NCBI GenBank assembly: GCA_903872035.1
Contig: CAIQIZ010000018.1
Location: 1-54,558, forward strand
Source of the DNA: an uncultured bacterium
Lineage (GTDB): Bacteria; Patescibacteriota; Minisyncoccia; Phycocordibacterales; PALSA-1337
DNA length: 54,558 nt
Direction: 5' to 3'
Shown piece after piece: positions 26,134 to 36,560 of this stretch; within the stretch, counting starts at the first letter, position 1, and each line of letters opens with the position of its first letter. Below the pieces are notes generated by a model, which was given only the letters and a program-made list of their open reading frames with translations, ran no database searches and was not told the DNA's origin. The translations under genes and the position numbers were made by a program.

Positions 26134-26667
26134 CTAACTTCCTAAAAGGTAACTGAATCCGGAATTTTGGCCGGTCAGCCAGCTCAATATCTGATAAACG
26201 ATGAACCAGGCTGTAAGCATTATTATAAACCCAATGAACAGTTTCCAAAATATGTCTTTGGCTTTGTTGATGTTGGCTTCCTTACCAGAGATATATAGGA
26301 ATCCCGCATAACAAAAACCGGCGATAGCCACCAGAACTCCAGCGATGATGGCGATGTTGATGAAGTGCTGGATCTGCATCATCGCACCGTTGAAGTCGCA
26401 GGGTATATATCCTTGTGGGTTCGTTTTTGTCTCGATTTGTTGGCCGTTCCATGTCATTTTGATTGGAGTGGTCAGATGTGAAAGATCTGGCCCATCGCAT
26501 ATCATCAACCTGAATCCGCTGCTATTTATATTCTCTGAATCCGCTGGGGGCGTCGCAGCTTGAGCTTGAGCGATGATCGGGGCCAATGAATACAGGCAAC
26601 TGAATATCGCTAGGCACACCAACATTGGCGCGAGCAATTTTCTGAATTTTAATGTATCGGTAATCAT
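26134..26667 (-). CDS. VirB2/TrbC-like pilin with a Cys-bridged N-terminal loop
   Basis: LMICDG...IPCDF, two TMs, FIIMLTAWFIVYQI. Confidence 0.8.
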   Translation of the reverse strand: MITDTLKFRKLLAPMLVCLAIFSCLYSLAPIIAQAQAATPPADSENINSSGFRLMICDGPDLSHLTTPIKMTWNGQQIETKTNPQGYIPCDFNGAMMQIQHFINIAIIAGVLVAIAGFCYAGFLYISGKEANINKAKDIFWKLFIGFIIMLTAWFIVYQILSWLTGQNSGFSYLLGS

Positions 26668-26687
26668 TTAGATGTTCGCATCTCGTG

Positions 26688-26729
26688 TTTTCTCATTCTC
26701 CTTACTTCTTGCTCCGTGCTCCCTGCTTC
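26688..26729. repeat. Degenerate 7-bp array (GGAGCA family)
   Basis: Minus strand GAAGCAG GGAGCAC GGAGCAA GAAGTAA GGAGAAT GAGAAAA. Confidence 0.7.
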
Positions 26730-26732
26730 TTA

Positions 26733-28016
26733 TTATTGCACTGCCTGCTTTAGGATGACATCGTACTTGCTCCCTGCATCTTGAACCGCCTGAAAAGCCG
26801 TTTTTTGACCGCTGGTAAAGGAACTGACCATATCGCTCATTACTTGCTTGGACTTCAACGGATCAGCGTCGATCCAGGTTGAGGCAGTCAAAGCGGCCCT
26901 ATTGAAATTGGTGATGTACGGATCGGTCGAGCCTTGGTCCAGACTGCTAAGCACAGAAGGTAAATACATGGCGGTCGACAAAATAGGGAGATTGGTCGGT
27001 GAAGTCAAGATGGAAATGATCTGGTAGACAGCATTGGCGTTGGACGATGTCCGAACAATAGATAATCCATGCATTCGAGCATAAGAAGTCGCCCGTCCTC
27101 CTGTTTTGTACTGCGGCAAAGGCGCCACGTCAAAATTCAAGTTGGGATTTTTGGCGCGGATATCCTTGATCTCCGAAGCGAATCCAAAATATGTCGCCAA
27201 AGTGCCGGAAAGAAAAGCTATCTTGTCATCAGGCATGGCGCGATTCCAGGAATAATTGACATTTGAAGGATCAGCGAACTGACCAAAGAATTGCAAGGTT
27301 GACTCTGAGCTAGCTTGTGCCGCTACCAAAGTGCTGGCCGGTAGACCTCCGCTTATAGCGGTTATTGGATTGCCGGATTGCAGGAGCAATGTCCCAAATA
27401 ACTCCCTAGCATTCACGATATTATTGAAAGTTCCCATAGCTACCGCACTCTTCGAGATCGTGCCATTTTGATCCTTGACCGTCAGGATATTACCAAGCGC
27501 TGTAAAATCGCCCCAATTCTTTGGATAAGTCGTCTGTCCAGCAGCATTGAATACGTCACGATTCCAATACATGACTAATGGATCAACGGTGAATGGTATG
27601 GCTAAGGTCCCATTGCTTGAAAGATAGATGTTCGCTTCTTGGATATATGAATCATAGAATGTCCGCTGCGAAAGGGCTGAATACGGTATCGATATCAGCT
27701 TATCTTGATGCGGCAAGATCATGTCAGCCGTGATCAGTATGGCATCTGGACCAGTACCACGGGCCAAGGCGGCCACAAAATCCTGCGAAAACTTGTCCGG
27801 GCTTTCCTGGACATATTTAATAGTCAAAGGTTGAGCCAGCGTATTGTTTATCTTAGCGACATATTGATTGAACGTATCAGACGAAAATGTTCCCCAAATG
27901 GTTATTGACGGTAACGCACTGCTAGACGTGCTGCCTTTGAATGTAGCAAAAGCTACGACTCCGCCTATGATGGCCAGAATGAATATTCCGAGTGTGATTA
28001 TTTGAAATTTAGACAT
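26733..28016 (-). CDS. Extracellular solute-binding protein (sugar ABC SBP family)
   Basis: N-terminal anchor, ITIWG, ALARGTGPD, MYWNRDVF and FDVAPLPQ motifs. Confidence 0.85.
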   Translation of the reverse strand: MSKFQIITLGIFILAIIGGVVAFATFKGSTSSSALPSITIWGTFSSDTFNQYVAKINNTLAQPLTIKYVQESPDKFSQDFVAALARGTGPDAILITADMILPHQDKLISIPYSALSQRTFYDSYIQEANIYLSSNGTLAIPFTVDPLVMYWNRDVFNAAGQTTYPKNWGDFTALGNILTVKDQNGTISKSAVAMGTFNNIVNARELFGTLLLQSGNPITAISGGLPASTLVAAQASSESTLQFFGQFADPSNVNYSWNRAMPDDKIAFLSGTLATYFGFASEIKDIRAKNPNLNFDVAPLPQYKTGGRATSYARMHGLSIVRTSSNANAVYQIISILTSPTNLPILSTAMYLPSVLSSLDQGSTDPYITNFNRAALTASTWIDADPLKSKQVMSDMVSSFTSGQKTAFQAVQDAGSKYDVILKQAVQ

Positions 28017-28017
28017 A

Positions 28018-28533
28018 TTATCTGACTAAAACTATTCCATAATGGTGATCCCCTGCCCCAAATGATTGATCGACTTTGAATCCGTTCTTTTCGAATAAAG
28101 CGCGAGCTTGCATTTCGGAGACGATCGTCTTGGGGCTCAAAGGTGTGACACCGCTCCAGTCCACCACAAGAACCTTACCGCCTGGCTTCAAGATCCTCTT
28201 TATTTCCAAAACAAAATCATCTAGCTTGGCGATCTGGAAAAGGACATTTGAAGCGATGACGCGATCAGCCAGAGATTCCTTTACCTTGGTACCACCGATC
28301 TTCTCGGCATTTCCCCAAATAACTTCGATATTATGCAGCCCCTGCGAGGCGCCAACTGAACGCAGACGTTCCAGAAGATCTTTCTGGACATCGACCGCGT
28401 AAACTCTGCCGCTGCTACCAACTTTCTTGGCGGCTTCAATGGAATAGAAGCCCGAACCGGCTCCCAAATCGACGACTTTCATGCCGTCGTTCAAGCCGAG
28501 CTTGGCGAGATTCGTGGCTGGGTCGGAGAACAT
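28018..28533 (-). CDS. Class I SAM-dependent methyltransferase
   Basis: VVDLGAGSG, VYAVDVQ and ILKPGG motifs. Confidence 0.9.
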   Translation of the reverse strand: MFSDPATNLAKLGLNDGMKVVDLGAGSGFYSIEAAKKVGSSGRVYAVDVQKDLLERLRSVGASQGLHNIEVIWGNAEKIGGTKVKESLADRVIASNVLFQIAKLDDFVLEIKRILKPGGKVLVVDWSGVTPLSPKTIVSEMQARALFEKNGFKVDQSFGAGDHHYGIVLVR

Positions 28534-28609
28534 GGTGGCTTAATTGTACCACGTTGAAAATACACAAAATATCGATAGTTGGGGACAATTATCTGTTTAG
28601 ATCGAATCC

Positions 28610-29032
28610 TCAGCAAGCTTCCCGCTGGATATCCCTAAGAGCGATATCGCTTCGAACCGCTTTGAATTCTCGCGCTGTCATACCAGCCAAATCATCGATA
28701 TCGCTAGAAAGTAGATCGACCTTATTGGAGAGACTATCAAACCTATTAGAGAGACTATCAAATCTCTCTGTTACACTATTAATATGACCATCGAGCTTAC
28801 TCTCAACCCCGTCTATCCGAGCACCTAGCTTGCTTTCGACGCCGTCTATTCGAGCACCTAACTTACTCTCAACACCATCTATACGGTTATATACCTTCGT
28901 CTCTAAACCATCGATCCGATTTCCGAGCGTCTTTTCAACACCATCCAGCCGCCCTTCGACTCTTGCGAAACCCTTGACGACAATGCTACGAATCGTTTTT
29001 AAGTGACCGTTCAAAACTTTGCTGGTAACCAT
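28610..29032 (-). CDS. Coiled-coil tandem-repeat protein
   Basis: 11-aa repeats (LGARIDGVESK) followed by 7-aa repeats (RFDSLSN). Confidence 0.75.
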   Translation of the reverse strand: MVTSKVLNGHLKTIRSIVVKGFARVEGRLDGVEKTLGNRIDGLETKVYNRIDGVESKLGARIDGVESKLGARIDGVESKLDGHINSVTERFDSLSNRFDSLSNKVDLLSSDIDDLAGMTAREFKAVRSDIALRDIQREAC

Positions 29033-29185
29033 AATTTATAAGATTAGTGCTAGTAATCATCTTACACTCGCGCCTGAAATAGAGAGAAAAGCGCAAGAAC
29101 AATAAATAATTTACTAATTATAGCGCTAATAATAAATAGCACAAGATTCCATTGCGCCAATATACATTTTCTAATTAATTTTGCC

Positions 29186-31660
29186 CTACAAACAAATCAA
29201 ACTGGCCAACTGATCTCCATCTCGGAGTTTCATGACACGGACACCTTGAGTCGAGCGGCCGAGGCTTGGTATTTCTTTGAGATCTACGCGGATGACCTGA
29301 GATTTCTTGGACATGGCCACGATTTCTTCGACTTCGTCGGTGACGACTTTGGCGGCCATGAGGTCACCGGTCTTCCCTGTTATATTCATAGTCATGACTC
29401 CTGAACCGCCACGGTTCTGCGTCTTGTATTCAGAAAGCTTTGTTTTCTTGCCGTAGCCATTGGCACTCATGACGAAAAGGGCCGGATTCTTGGCATCTTT
29501 GGAAACGACGTCGGCGGAAATGACTGCATCGCCCTTGCCTGTCTTTATGACGCGCACGCCGGCCGCATTCCTGCCCATCTCTCTGACATCTGATTCTTTG
29601 AAACGGATAGATTGCCCATCCTTCGTGGCGATGACGATCTCGTCAGACTTGGAAATAAATGAAGCGGAGATCAATTCATCGCCAGCATCCAGACCTATCG
29701 CGATCAAACCAGAGCGTCTGACATCTTTGAAATGTGCGGCCGAAGTCTTCTTGCCTGTGCCATTCTTGGTTACCATCATCAGGCTCAATCCTTCAGCTTC
29801 TTTCTTATTCTTAGGCATAGGCAAAATAGAAGTGACACGCTCACCTTCAGCTAGTGAAAGGAAGTTCATGATAGATTTGCCTTTGGTGGCGCGCTTACCT
29901 TCAGGAATGTCATACATCTTTATCTGATAAGCCTTGCCCTTGTCAGAGAAGAACAAAAGGTCGTTGTGCGTGGTCGCGAATATGAGATGGGAGATGAAAT
30001 CCTCCTCCTTTGTATCCAAATCAACTACACCGACTCCACCGCGTTTCTGCTTGCGGTATTCATCTGGATCGGTTCTCTTTATATATCCGCCTTTGGTGAG
30101 AACTAGCACGGATTCTTCGTCAGCTATGAGATCTTCCGGATTGAAATCTTTGACGCCATGTTTGACTATCTTTGTACGACGATCGTCTCCATACTTTGCT
30201 TTTATATCGGTGAGTTCGGTCTTTATGAGGGTGCGGACTTTCTTGTCGCTGCCAAGGATGCCTTTCAATTCTTCTATCAAAGCTTGGACTTCTTTGAGTT
30301 CATCTAGGATCTTCTTGCGTTCAAGGCCGGCCAATTTCTGCAAACGCATCTCCAAAATAGCCGTAGCCTGAAGATCACTGAACTTGAATTTCTTCATGAG
30401 GCCAGCGTGAGCAGTAGCGACATCGGCAGCAGCACGAATCAAAGTGATGATCTCATCTATATGATCGAGAGCTTTCTTCAAACCGAGCAGGATATGCTCG
30501 CGGGCTTCTGCGGCATCAAGGTCGAACTTAGTCCGACGACGGATGACTTCTATACGATGTGTTATAAATTCCTCCAAAATAGACTTCAAAGAAAGCGTTT
30601 GTGGTACACCATGGACCAGAGCCACTGTGTTGACATGGAAAGTCTCTTCCAACTGGGTGTGCTTGTAGATGAGGTTGAGGACCTTCTCCGGATACGAGCC
30701 TTGCTTCAAGTCGATAGCGATGCGCATCTCCTTATCTGATTCATCGCGCAAGCCCTTCACGCCTTCGATGACTTTCTCGCGCACCAAGTCAGCGATCTTG
30801 ATGATGAGCTCGTTCTTGTTCACGCGGAACGGGATGGAAGAGATGATGATCTGGAATTGGCCTTTCTTGTCCTCTACTATCTCAGCTTCTCCGCGAACGG
30901 TTATGCCACCACGGCCGGTAGTATAGGCATGATGAATATCTTTTTCGCCGTAAATGACGGCGCCCAAAGGAAAATCTGGACCTTTGATGAATTGGAAAAG
31001 GTCATCTGTGGCAGCGTCTGGATTGTCGATAAGATATGTCGTGGCATCTACGACTTCGCGCAAGTTGTGCGGGGCAATGTTCGTGGCCATACCGACAGCG
31101 ATACCGAGCGTTCCATTCAGGAGCAAATTCGGCACAGATGTCGGCAGAACAGTAGGTTCCTTCTTCGTACCATCGTAGTTCGGTCGAAAATCTACTGTGT
31201 TCTTTTCTATATCACGGAGCAGCTCGCTTGAGATGCGAGACATCTTGGCTTCGGTATAACGCATAGCGGCTGGTGGGTCACCATCGACAGTACCGAAGTT
31301 ACCTTGGCCATGGACCAGCGGGTAACGCATTGTAAAAGGTTGAGCCATTTTGACCATAGTGTCGTAAATGGCGACGTCACCGTGAGGGTGGTAGCTTCCC
31401 ATCGTATCTCCAACCACGACTGCTGATTTGCGGAACTTGGCGGAAGCCGTCAGACCCTTTTCATGCATTGCGTAGAGGATGCGGCGATGAACCGGTTTGA
31501 GTCCGTCACGGACGTCAGGCAGAGCACGATCTGTGATGACAGACATTGCGTAGTCCAAAAAAGACTCGCGCATCTCTGTGGATATGTTGCGCACTACGAT
31601 ACCTTCACCAGCTGGCCGGATGGGTTCCAATGTTTCAGTTGTATCAGGTTTCTTGGCCAT
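29186..31660 (-). CDS. gyrA: DNA gyrase subunit A
   Basis: HPHGD, catalytic AAMRYTE, GyrA-box QKRGGVG and a beta-pinwheel CTD. Confidence 0.96.
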   Translation of the reverse strand: MAKKPDTTETLEPIRPAGEGIVVRNISTEMRESFLDYAMSVITDRALPDVRDGLKPVHRRILYAMHEKGLTASAKFRKSAVVVGDTMGSYHPHGDVAIYDTMVKMAQPFTMRYPLVHGQGNFGTVDGDPPAAMRYTEAKMSRISSELLRDIEKNTVDFRPNYDGTKKEPTVLPTSVPNLLLNGTLGIAVGMATNIAPHNLREVVDATTYLIDNPDAATDDLFQFIKGPDFPLGAVIYGEKDIHHAYTTGRGGITVRGEAEIVEDKKGQFQIIISSIPFRVNKNELIIKIADLVREKVIEGVKGLRDESDKEMRIAIDLKQGSYPEKVLNLIYKHTQLEETFHVNTVALVHGVPQTLSLKSILEEFITHRIEVIRRRTKFDLDAAEAREHILLGLKKALDHIDEIITLIRAAADVATAHAGLMKKFKFSDLQATAILEMRLQKLAGLERKKILDELKEVQALIEELKGILGSDKKVRTLIKTELTDIKAKYGDDRRTKIVKHGVKDFNPEDLIADEESVLVLTKGGYIKRTDPDEYRKQKRGGVGVVDLDTKEEDFISHLIFATTHNDLLFFSDKGKAYQIKMYDIPEGKRATKGKSIMNFLSLAEGERVTSILPMPKNKKEAEGLSLMMVTKNGTGKKTSAAHFKDVRRSGLIAIGLDAGDELISASFISKSDEIVIATKDGQSIRFKESDVREMGRNAAGVRVIKTGKGDAVISADVVSKDAKNPALFVMSANGYGKKTKLSEYKTQNRGGSGVMTMNITGKTGDLMAAKVVTDEVEEIVAMSKKSQVIRVDLKEIPSLGRSTQGVRVMKLRDGDQLASLICL

Positions 31661-31850
31661 TGAAATTCGCCTTGCGGCGACGGTAGTTTATGGAACAAGG
31701 AAGGTAGAGACATCCGCTATTCGTCACGCCTGTCTCCCTCTCTCATGTTCCACCCTCCTTGTAACTCAATTCTAGCAAAAAATTGGGTGACTCGCACCTT
31801 GACATGAGCTGACTGTAATGTCTCCATTTGCTTGCAAATCTATGGACCTC

Positions 31851-32150
31851 CTACTTGTTCCCAGGCAAGATCTCTACGCTAGAATAGGTGACTTTCTTGG
31901 CGCCGAAGATCAATTCTTTGACGTCATTGAACAACGAACTTACGCTGGCGACCATTGATTGTGCTGGAGTACCAGCATCGCCTACTGCGGCTGTAATCGC
32001 GTTATGCGCGGAGAAATTGAATGATGAAAATGAACCCAACCAAAATGCGAATATGACAGCAGTCAGACCGAGAGAGCTCCAAAAGGCATACCTCTTGCGG
32101 ATATGCTCCGGTTTTGCGCGCATCGATTCGAGTCGTTCGATGAATGTCAT
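31851..32150 (-). CDS. Small single-pass membrane protein, hypothetical
   Basis: KPEHIRKRYAFW followed by a TM; TACAAT-N6-ATG upstream. Confidence 0.7.
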   Translation of the reverse strand: MTFIERLESMRAKPEHIRKRYAFWSSLGLTAVIFAFWLGSFSSFNFSAHNAITAAVGDAGTPAQSMVASVSSLFNDVKELIFGAKKVTYSSVEILPGNK

Positions 32151-32162
32151 GACTCAATTGTA

Positions 32163-32810
32163 CTATTCTTTTTCAAGCACAACAACCTCCGCATCCTTCC
32201 CTTCCAGATCTTTTTTCTTCAAAGTCAGCTTACCTTCCGGCTTGGGATTCTCGCCAGCTTCTTTTAGAAAAGCTTTCAAAGCATCCTTACTCCCCAGATC
32301 GCCATAATGAATAGGGATAATGAGCTTAGGACCTATAGAAACAGCTAGCTTGTAGGCTTGGGCTGGATTCAAAACGCCATTTCCACCGATAGGCACAAAT
32401 AGAATATCGACATCCTCGATCCCTTCATCCGTCTCTTTTGGTAATTCGGGAGTATTAACGGCTCCAAGGAAGCAGATATTCATTCCTTCAAGAGCGACCG
32501 TAAATATTGTATTGATCCGTGCATCATTGCTAGGAGTTTGACCATCGTAGTTCGACTGCGAAGCTAAACCCTTGATGAATACCCCCTTTACTTCATATTC
32601 GCCAGGACCAGAAATAACAAAAGGTTTCTTCTCTCCAAATGAGACTTGATCGACGCCATTCATATCTGGATGATTGAGGCTAGAAAGAACGATGTCGGCC
32701 CCGAACTTAGCGGTTTTGAGGTCGGAATCTTTGGAAACCGGATTGAATGCCAGAATTGTGTCGCCGAACTGCGCTTTGACGAATTCCCCGCCGAGGTAGG
32801 TTATGATCAT
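32163..32810 (-). CDS. MBL-fold protein with a degenerate metal motif
   Basis: MIITYLG, ADIVLSSLNHPDMN, ISGPGEYEVKG, DILFVPIGG and IPIHY motifs. Confidence 0.8.
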   Translation of the reverse strand: MIITYLGGEFVKAQFGDTILAFNPVSKDSDLKTAKFGADIVLSSLNHPDMNGVDQVSFGEKKPFVISGPGEYEVKGVFIKGLASQSNYDGQTPSNDARINTIFTVALEGMNICFLGAVNTPELPKETDEGIEDVDILFVPIGGNGVLNPAQAYKLAVSIGPKLIIPIHYGDLGSKDALKAFLKEAGENPKPEGKLTLKKKDLEGKDAEVVVLEKE

Positions 32811-32945
32811 GATGAGAATACTGTAGCAAAAATTTTTGGCGTATGCCAGTAATTCACAATCAATTAATGAGACGGGTAATTCCGGGTCAATTTGAGTAAA
32901 TTCAAAGAAATTTTGAGTTGGGGGGTATTACTTATCGAATGAACA

Positions 32946-33087
32946 CACTTTAGTTGACTAAAGTCAGATCTCTCAAAAAACGTCTCAAAAGAATCATCTG
33001 CGACTTTAGTTGACTAAAGTGCGCTCCGGCGAAACAGACTACCCCCCGGCTCGCGATTGTGAAAGTGGCGGATTTTCCGCCACTTTC
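32946..33087. repeat. REP-like palindrome cluster upstream of rpsA
   Basis: ACTTTAGT-TG-ACTAAAGT at 32947-32964 and 33003-33020; GAAAGTGGCGGA-TTT-TCCGCCACTTTC at 33061-33087. Confidence 0.8.
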
Positions 33088-33233
33088 GAACTTCATAGAC
33101 AAATCGGCCAAAATACTATAGTATGAGCCAAATCAGTTGTTCGTAAATTAGCAACTTCGCGTAATCCCGCAATTTTGGCCCAGGTATAAGCTCGGCCGTA
33201 TTATTAATTAAAAAGCGGAACGCGTTAACAGAA

Positions 33234-34565
33234 ATGTTCAAGAAATTAAGAGAAACGCTTACAGGACACAAAGAAGAGCAAGAAGTAAAGAGTAAGGAGC
33301 AAACAGAAGTCGAAAACACTCAAACAACGCCTAAAAGCGCTGCAGTTTCAACGGCGAAGGCTGATCCTATCGCAACAAGCACACAGAGCGATGCTCCAGT
33401 AAAGAAGGCCGCCAAGGCGGTAGCAGAAAGAAAGCCGAGAACCTTCTCGGACCCGTCTTTGCCGCCCAAGGAAAAGGAGATGGTACTGACCGACGAGCAG
33501 AAAGCTAGCCCGATGGGTAAGCTTATCCTGACCATGAAGAATCCTCCGATAATCGGAGATTTGGTAGAAGGCCCAGTCATCACCGTCGAAAAATCATCTG
33601 TTTATGTCGATCTGGCTCCTTTTGGAACCGGTATCATCTACGGTCGTGAATTCATGATCGCCCGCGATGTCATCAAGAAGATCAACGTCGGTGATGTCAT
33701 CGCCGCCAAGATCGTCGACACTTCGCACAAGGAAGGATATTACGAGCTATCACTTAAGGAAGCTCGCCAGGCTCTCATTTGGAATGAGGCTGAAGTCGCC
33801 ATCAAAGAAAAGAAGGTCTTAGACCTTCCGGTCAAGGAAGCCAACAAGGGCGGACTCCTCATCGAATGGCAAGGCATCATCGGATTCCTACCAGCTTCAC
33901 AACTCAAGGCTGAGCACTATCCGCGCATCACTGATGGCGATAAAGATAAGATCCTGGATGAATTGAAGAAGTTGGTCGGCACACGTCTAAATGTAGCTAT
34001 CATCACGGCCGATCCAAAGGAAGGCAAGCTCATCTTCTCGGAAAAGGGTTCTGAAACCAAGGAGAAGGAGAAGATCGTCAGCAAGTATGAGATCGGAGAT
34101 GAAGTCGATGGAACAGTCACAGGAGTCGTCGATTTCGGCATCTTCGTCAAGCTGGAAGAAGGTTTGGAGGGATTGGTCCATATCTCCGAGATCGATTGGG
34201 GTCTAGTAGATGATCCTCGCAACTTCGTCAAGGTCGGCCAAAAGATCAAGGCCAAGATCATCGAGATCAAAGATGGCAAGATTTCCCTATCACTGAAACA
34301 ATTGAAACAGAATCCTTGGGTCGATGCTTCCAAGAAGTATTCCAAAGATATGTCTGTTACCGGAGTCATCATCAAGTTCAACAAGCATGGTGCCCTAGCT
34401 TCCATCGAGGAAGGTGTGGCCGGCTTGGTCCATGTCTCCGAATTCGGTTCTGAAGAAAAGCTCCGCAAAACCCTCGAGTTAGGCAAGACTTACGACTTCA
34501 AGATCAGCCTCTTCGATCCCAAGGAACAGAAGATGGCGCTCACTTATACCGGAGTTAAGAATTAA
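33234..34565 (+). CDS. rpsA: 30S ribosomal protein S1 (four S1 domains, low-complexity N-terminus)
   Basis: Repeated S1 motifs (GFLPASQL, VVDFGIFV, GLVHISEI, GLVHVSEF). Confidence 0.85.
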   Translation: MFKKLRETLTGHKEEQEVKSKEQTEVENTQTTPKSAAVSTAKADPIATSTQSDAPVKKAAKAVAERKPRTFSDPSLPPKEKEMVLTDEQKASPMGKLILTMKNPPIIGDLVEGPVITVEKSSVYVDLAPFGTGIIYGREFMIARDVIKKINVGDVIAAKIVDTSHKEGYYELSLKEARQALIWNEAEVAIKEKKVLDLPVKEANKGGLLIEWQGIIGFLPASQLKAEHYPRITDGDKDKILDELKKLVGTRLNVAIITADPKEGKLIFSEKGSETKEKEKIVSKYEIGDEVDGTVTGVVDFGIFVKLEEGLEGLVHISEIDWGLVDDPRNFVKVGQKIKAKIIEIKDGKISLSLKQLKQNPWVDASKKYSKDMSVTGVIIKFNKHGALASIEEGVAGLVHVSEFGSEEKLRKTLELGKTYDFKISLFDPKEQKMALTYTGVKN

Positions 34566-36044
34566 TTAGTACATCTTCACTGCCGCCAGTTTATCCCCGT
34601 TTCCAACCGTTCCAGTAAAAGATGTGCAGAGCGTACCAGGGCATACATTACTTGCCACTGGATTGGTACCATATATAACAGTTGTCCCCAAAGCGATGAC
34701 TCCATCAGCATCTTTTCCTGCCACAGATTGCAGTGCCAGAGCTTCATCAAAAGTCGCCGGACGATAACCCATTCGAAGAAGCCTGGCTATAGGAACATCC
34801 GGAAACAAAAGATCAGGTATATCGGTAAACTGGAAAATAGTCACAACTACCTGCTTTTTCCCTTTGGGAGAATTAGCCAGTCCAGATCGCGAAAAAGCCG
34901 ATTGACCATAATTGACGGTAACATTGTACGAAGCGGCATTAAAGCCGGATGATTTTTCAGCGGCGGTTGTTGTGTAACTGAAACCTAGATTGGACCAATC
35001 AATATTATTATTGGATCTGGCTTGGGGATCATGTGCCTTTCGATAAGCTTGCAAACCTGAGGTAATATCGCTGTAACTAGCCACCAGTTTGGCTCTTTGA
35101 ACATATTTCGTGTATTGATCGTTGTTCACAGATGTTGGTGGATTGACCGCCGTACCATACTTATTGATACTATCCAATATGGATTGGTCTTTTACTGCAG
35201 AAAACGAAGCATTCCTTTCATACTTGAAGTTCATCCATTCCCCATCGGGATTTTTTAAATAATTGTTCACCTGTTGACTATTCAAACCAACATACTGACC
35301 GCCTGAGTTATCGATCTTTCCGACATTCAAAAGCGGAGCTACGGATACTGGCACGACTGCAGGCGCGGTCACCACAACTGTCGGCGTAGTTTGTGGCAAC
35401 GGACTAGGAGCAGAGCTAGGGTTAACACCGCTCGACGCGCAGTTAGTTCCAAGGTAATCGGAGTAAGCAGAACTTCCACAATTGAGCTGACCGATTTGCT
35501 GGTTAAGCAAACCGGAATTATCGGTCGGAACACATGTATATCCTGTCGGACAAACCGGAGCGGTTGTTTGAGAGATCGGGACGCAATTGAATCCGACCGG
35601 ACATTGCACAGACCCGGTTGTGGCAACCGTACCGCTTCCGCTTGCAGAACCAGATCCGGTCGTGCCAATTGAAGCTGTTGTAGCACAGCCATAAATGCTA
35701 TTCATCTTGGTCCTGGTGTAATCACCAAAATATCCGTTACCGGAAGTCATGCCATTAGGAGCCAGAATTGCTGACGAATACTTTTCCTGGAATGTGGTGA
35801 TGGCTTTGGCGACTGTGTCATTGTAGGAGGTAAGCACCACTCCGGTGCTCCAGAGGCCTTCGTTTACCAGATCTGCTTTGAGAGCGGCGGCTTCGGCGGA
35901 AGTCAAAGATGAGCCAACTTTGTGGTTCGCGGTAAAAGTGTAGCAGGATGAAGCGGCTTGAGCGCTTTTGGTCAACACGACACTCAAAGCCGACAAGACT
36001 AATACGGTCAGCGGAATGGCTAATGTGATAAGTGATTTTTTCAT
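34566..36044 (-). CDS. Secreted/surface protein with a peptidoglycan-binding-like domain and CPxGYxC repeats
   Basis: Signal peptide, TAKAITTFQEKY...GYFGDYTRTKMN pattern, CPVGFNCVP/CPTGYTCVP. Confidence 0.75.
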   Translation of the reverse strand: MKKSLITLAIPLTVLVLSALSVVLTKSAQAASSCYTFTANHKVGSSLTSAEAAALKADLVNEGLWSTGVVLTSYNDTVAKAITTFQEKYSSAILAPNGMTSGNGYFGDYTRTKMNSIYGCATTASIGTTGSGSASGSGTVATTGSVQCPVGFNCVPISQTTAPVCPTGYTCVPTDNSGLLNQQIGQLNCGSSAYSDYLGTNCASSGVNPSSAPSPLPQTTPTVVVTAPAVVPVSVAPLLNVGKIDNSGGQYVGLNSQQVNNYLKNPDGEWMNFKYERNASFSAVKDQSILDSINKYGTAVNPPTSVNNDQYTKYVQRAKLVASYSDITSGLQAYRKAHDPQARSNNNIDWSNLGFSYTTTAAEKSSGFNAASYNVTVNYGQSAFSRSGLANSPKGKKQVVVTIFQFTDIPDLLFPDVPIARLLRMGYRPATFDEALALQSVAGKDADGVIALGTTVIYGTNPVASNVCPGTLCTSFTGTVGNGDKLAAVKMY

Positions 36045-36104
36045 TGATTTCTATAAATTATTAAAGAGAAACTAAATATTCCAAAGATACTAGAAGTATT
36101 ATCC

Positions 36105-36122
36105 CACACACACACACACACA
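36105..36122. repeat. (CA)9 microsatellite in a promoter spacer
   Basis: Nine CA units. Minus strand: TTGCTC, a 20-nt spacer containing the tract, then GATAAT with extended TG. Confidence 0.8.
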
Positions 36123-36209
36123 AGAGCAAAGTGGCGTAAACTGGGGATAGTATAAAAAGACACATCGCCATTTGTGACAATGCCGTCGTATTTATGCTAT
36201 ATTACACTT

Positions 36210-36560
36210 ATGACAAAGCCGCTTATCATCGCTTTCGGCTCACGAGTCAAAGGTCGGGCTACGGATAAGTCAGACCACGATTTTGGCGTGCTCAATGAAA
36301 AACCGCTTTCTCTTTCAGATAGGGTAGATATCGGAGAATTTATCGCGAAGAAACTCGATATAAATGAAGACAAGATTGATCTCGTTGATCTTCGATCGGC
36401 TTCTCCGCTTCTCAAGTTTGAAGTCGCACGTGACGGCAAACTCATTGACGGAGACTATGTCAGCTTTATCCGATTCAAAGTCCGAGCGTTCAAGGAGTAT
36501 GTCGATACAGCCAAATTCCGTCGTCTACGCGAGAAAGTAATGTCCAATAAATATGCTTAA
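36210..36560 (+). CDS. Minimal nucleotidyltransferase (MntA-type antitoxin)
   Basis: GS-x10-DxD (FGSRVKGRATDKSDHD) and IDLVDL; start moved to 36210 (TGCTATATT-N6-ATG). Confidence 0.88.
   Translation: MTKPLIIAFGSRVKGRATDKSDHDFGVLNEKPLSLSDRVDIGEFIAKKLDINEDKIDLVDLRSASPLLKFEVARDGKLIDGDYVSFIRFKVRAFKEYVDTAKFRRLREKVMSNKYA

Noticed and set aside
32946-33087. Mini-CRISPR array
   Set aside because: Only two 18-bp units, below typical repeat length, with no leader or cas context.
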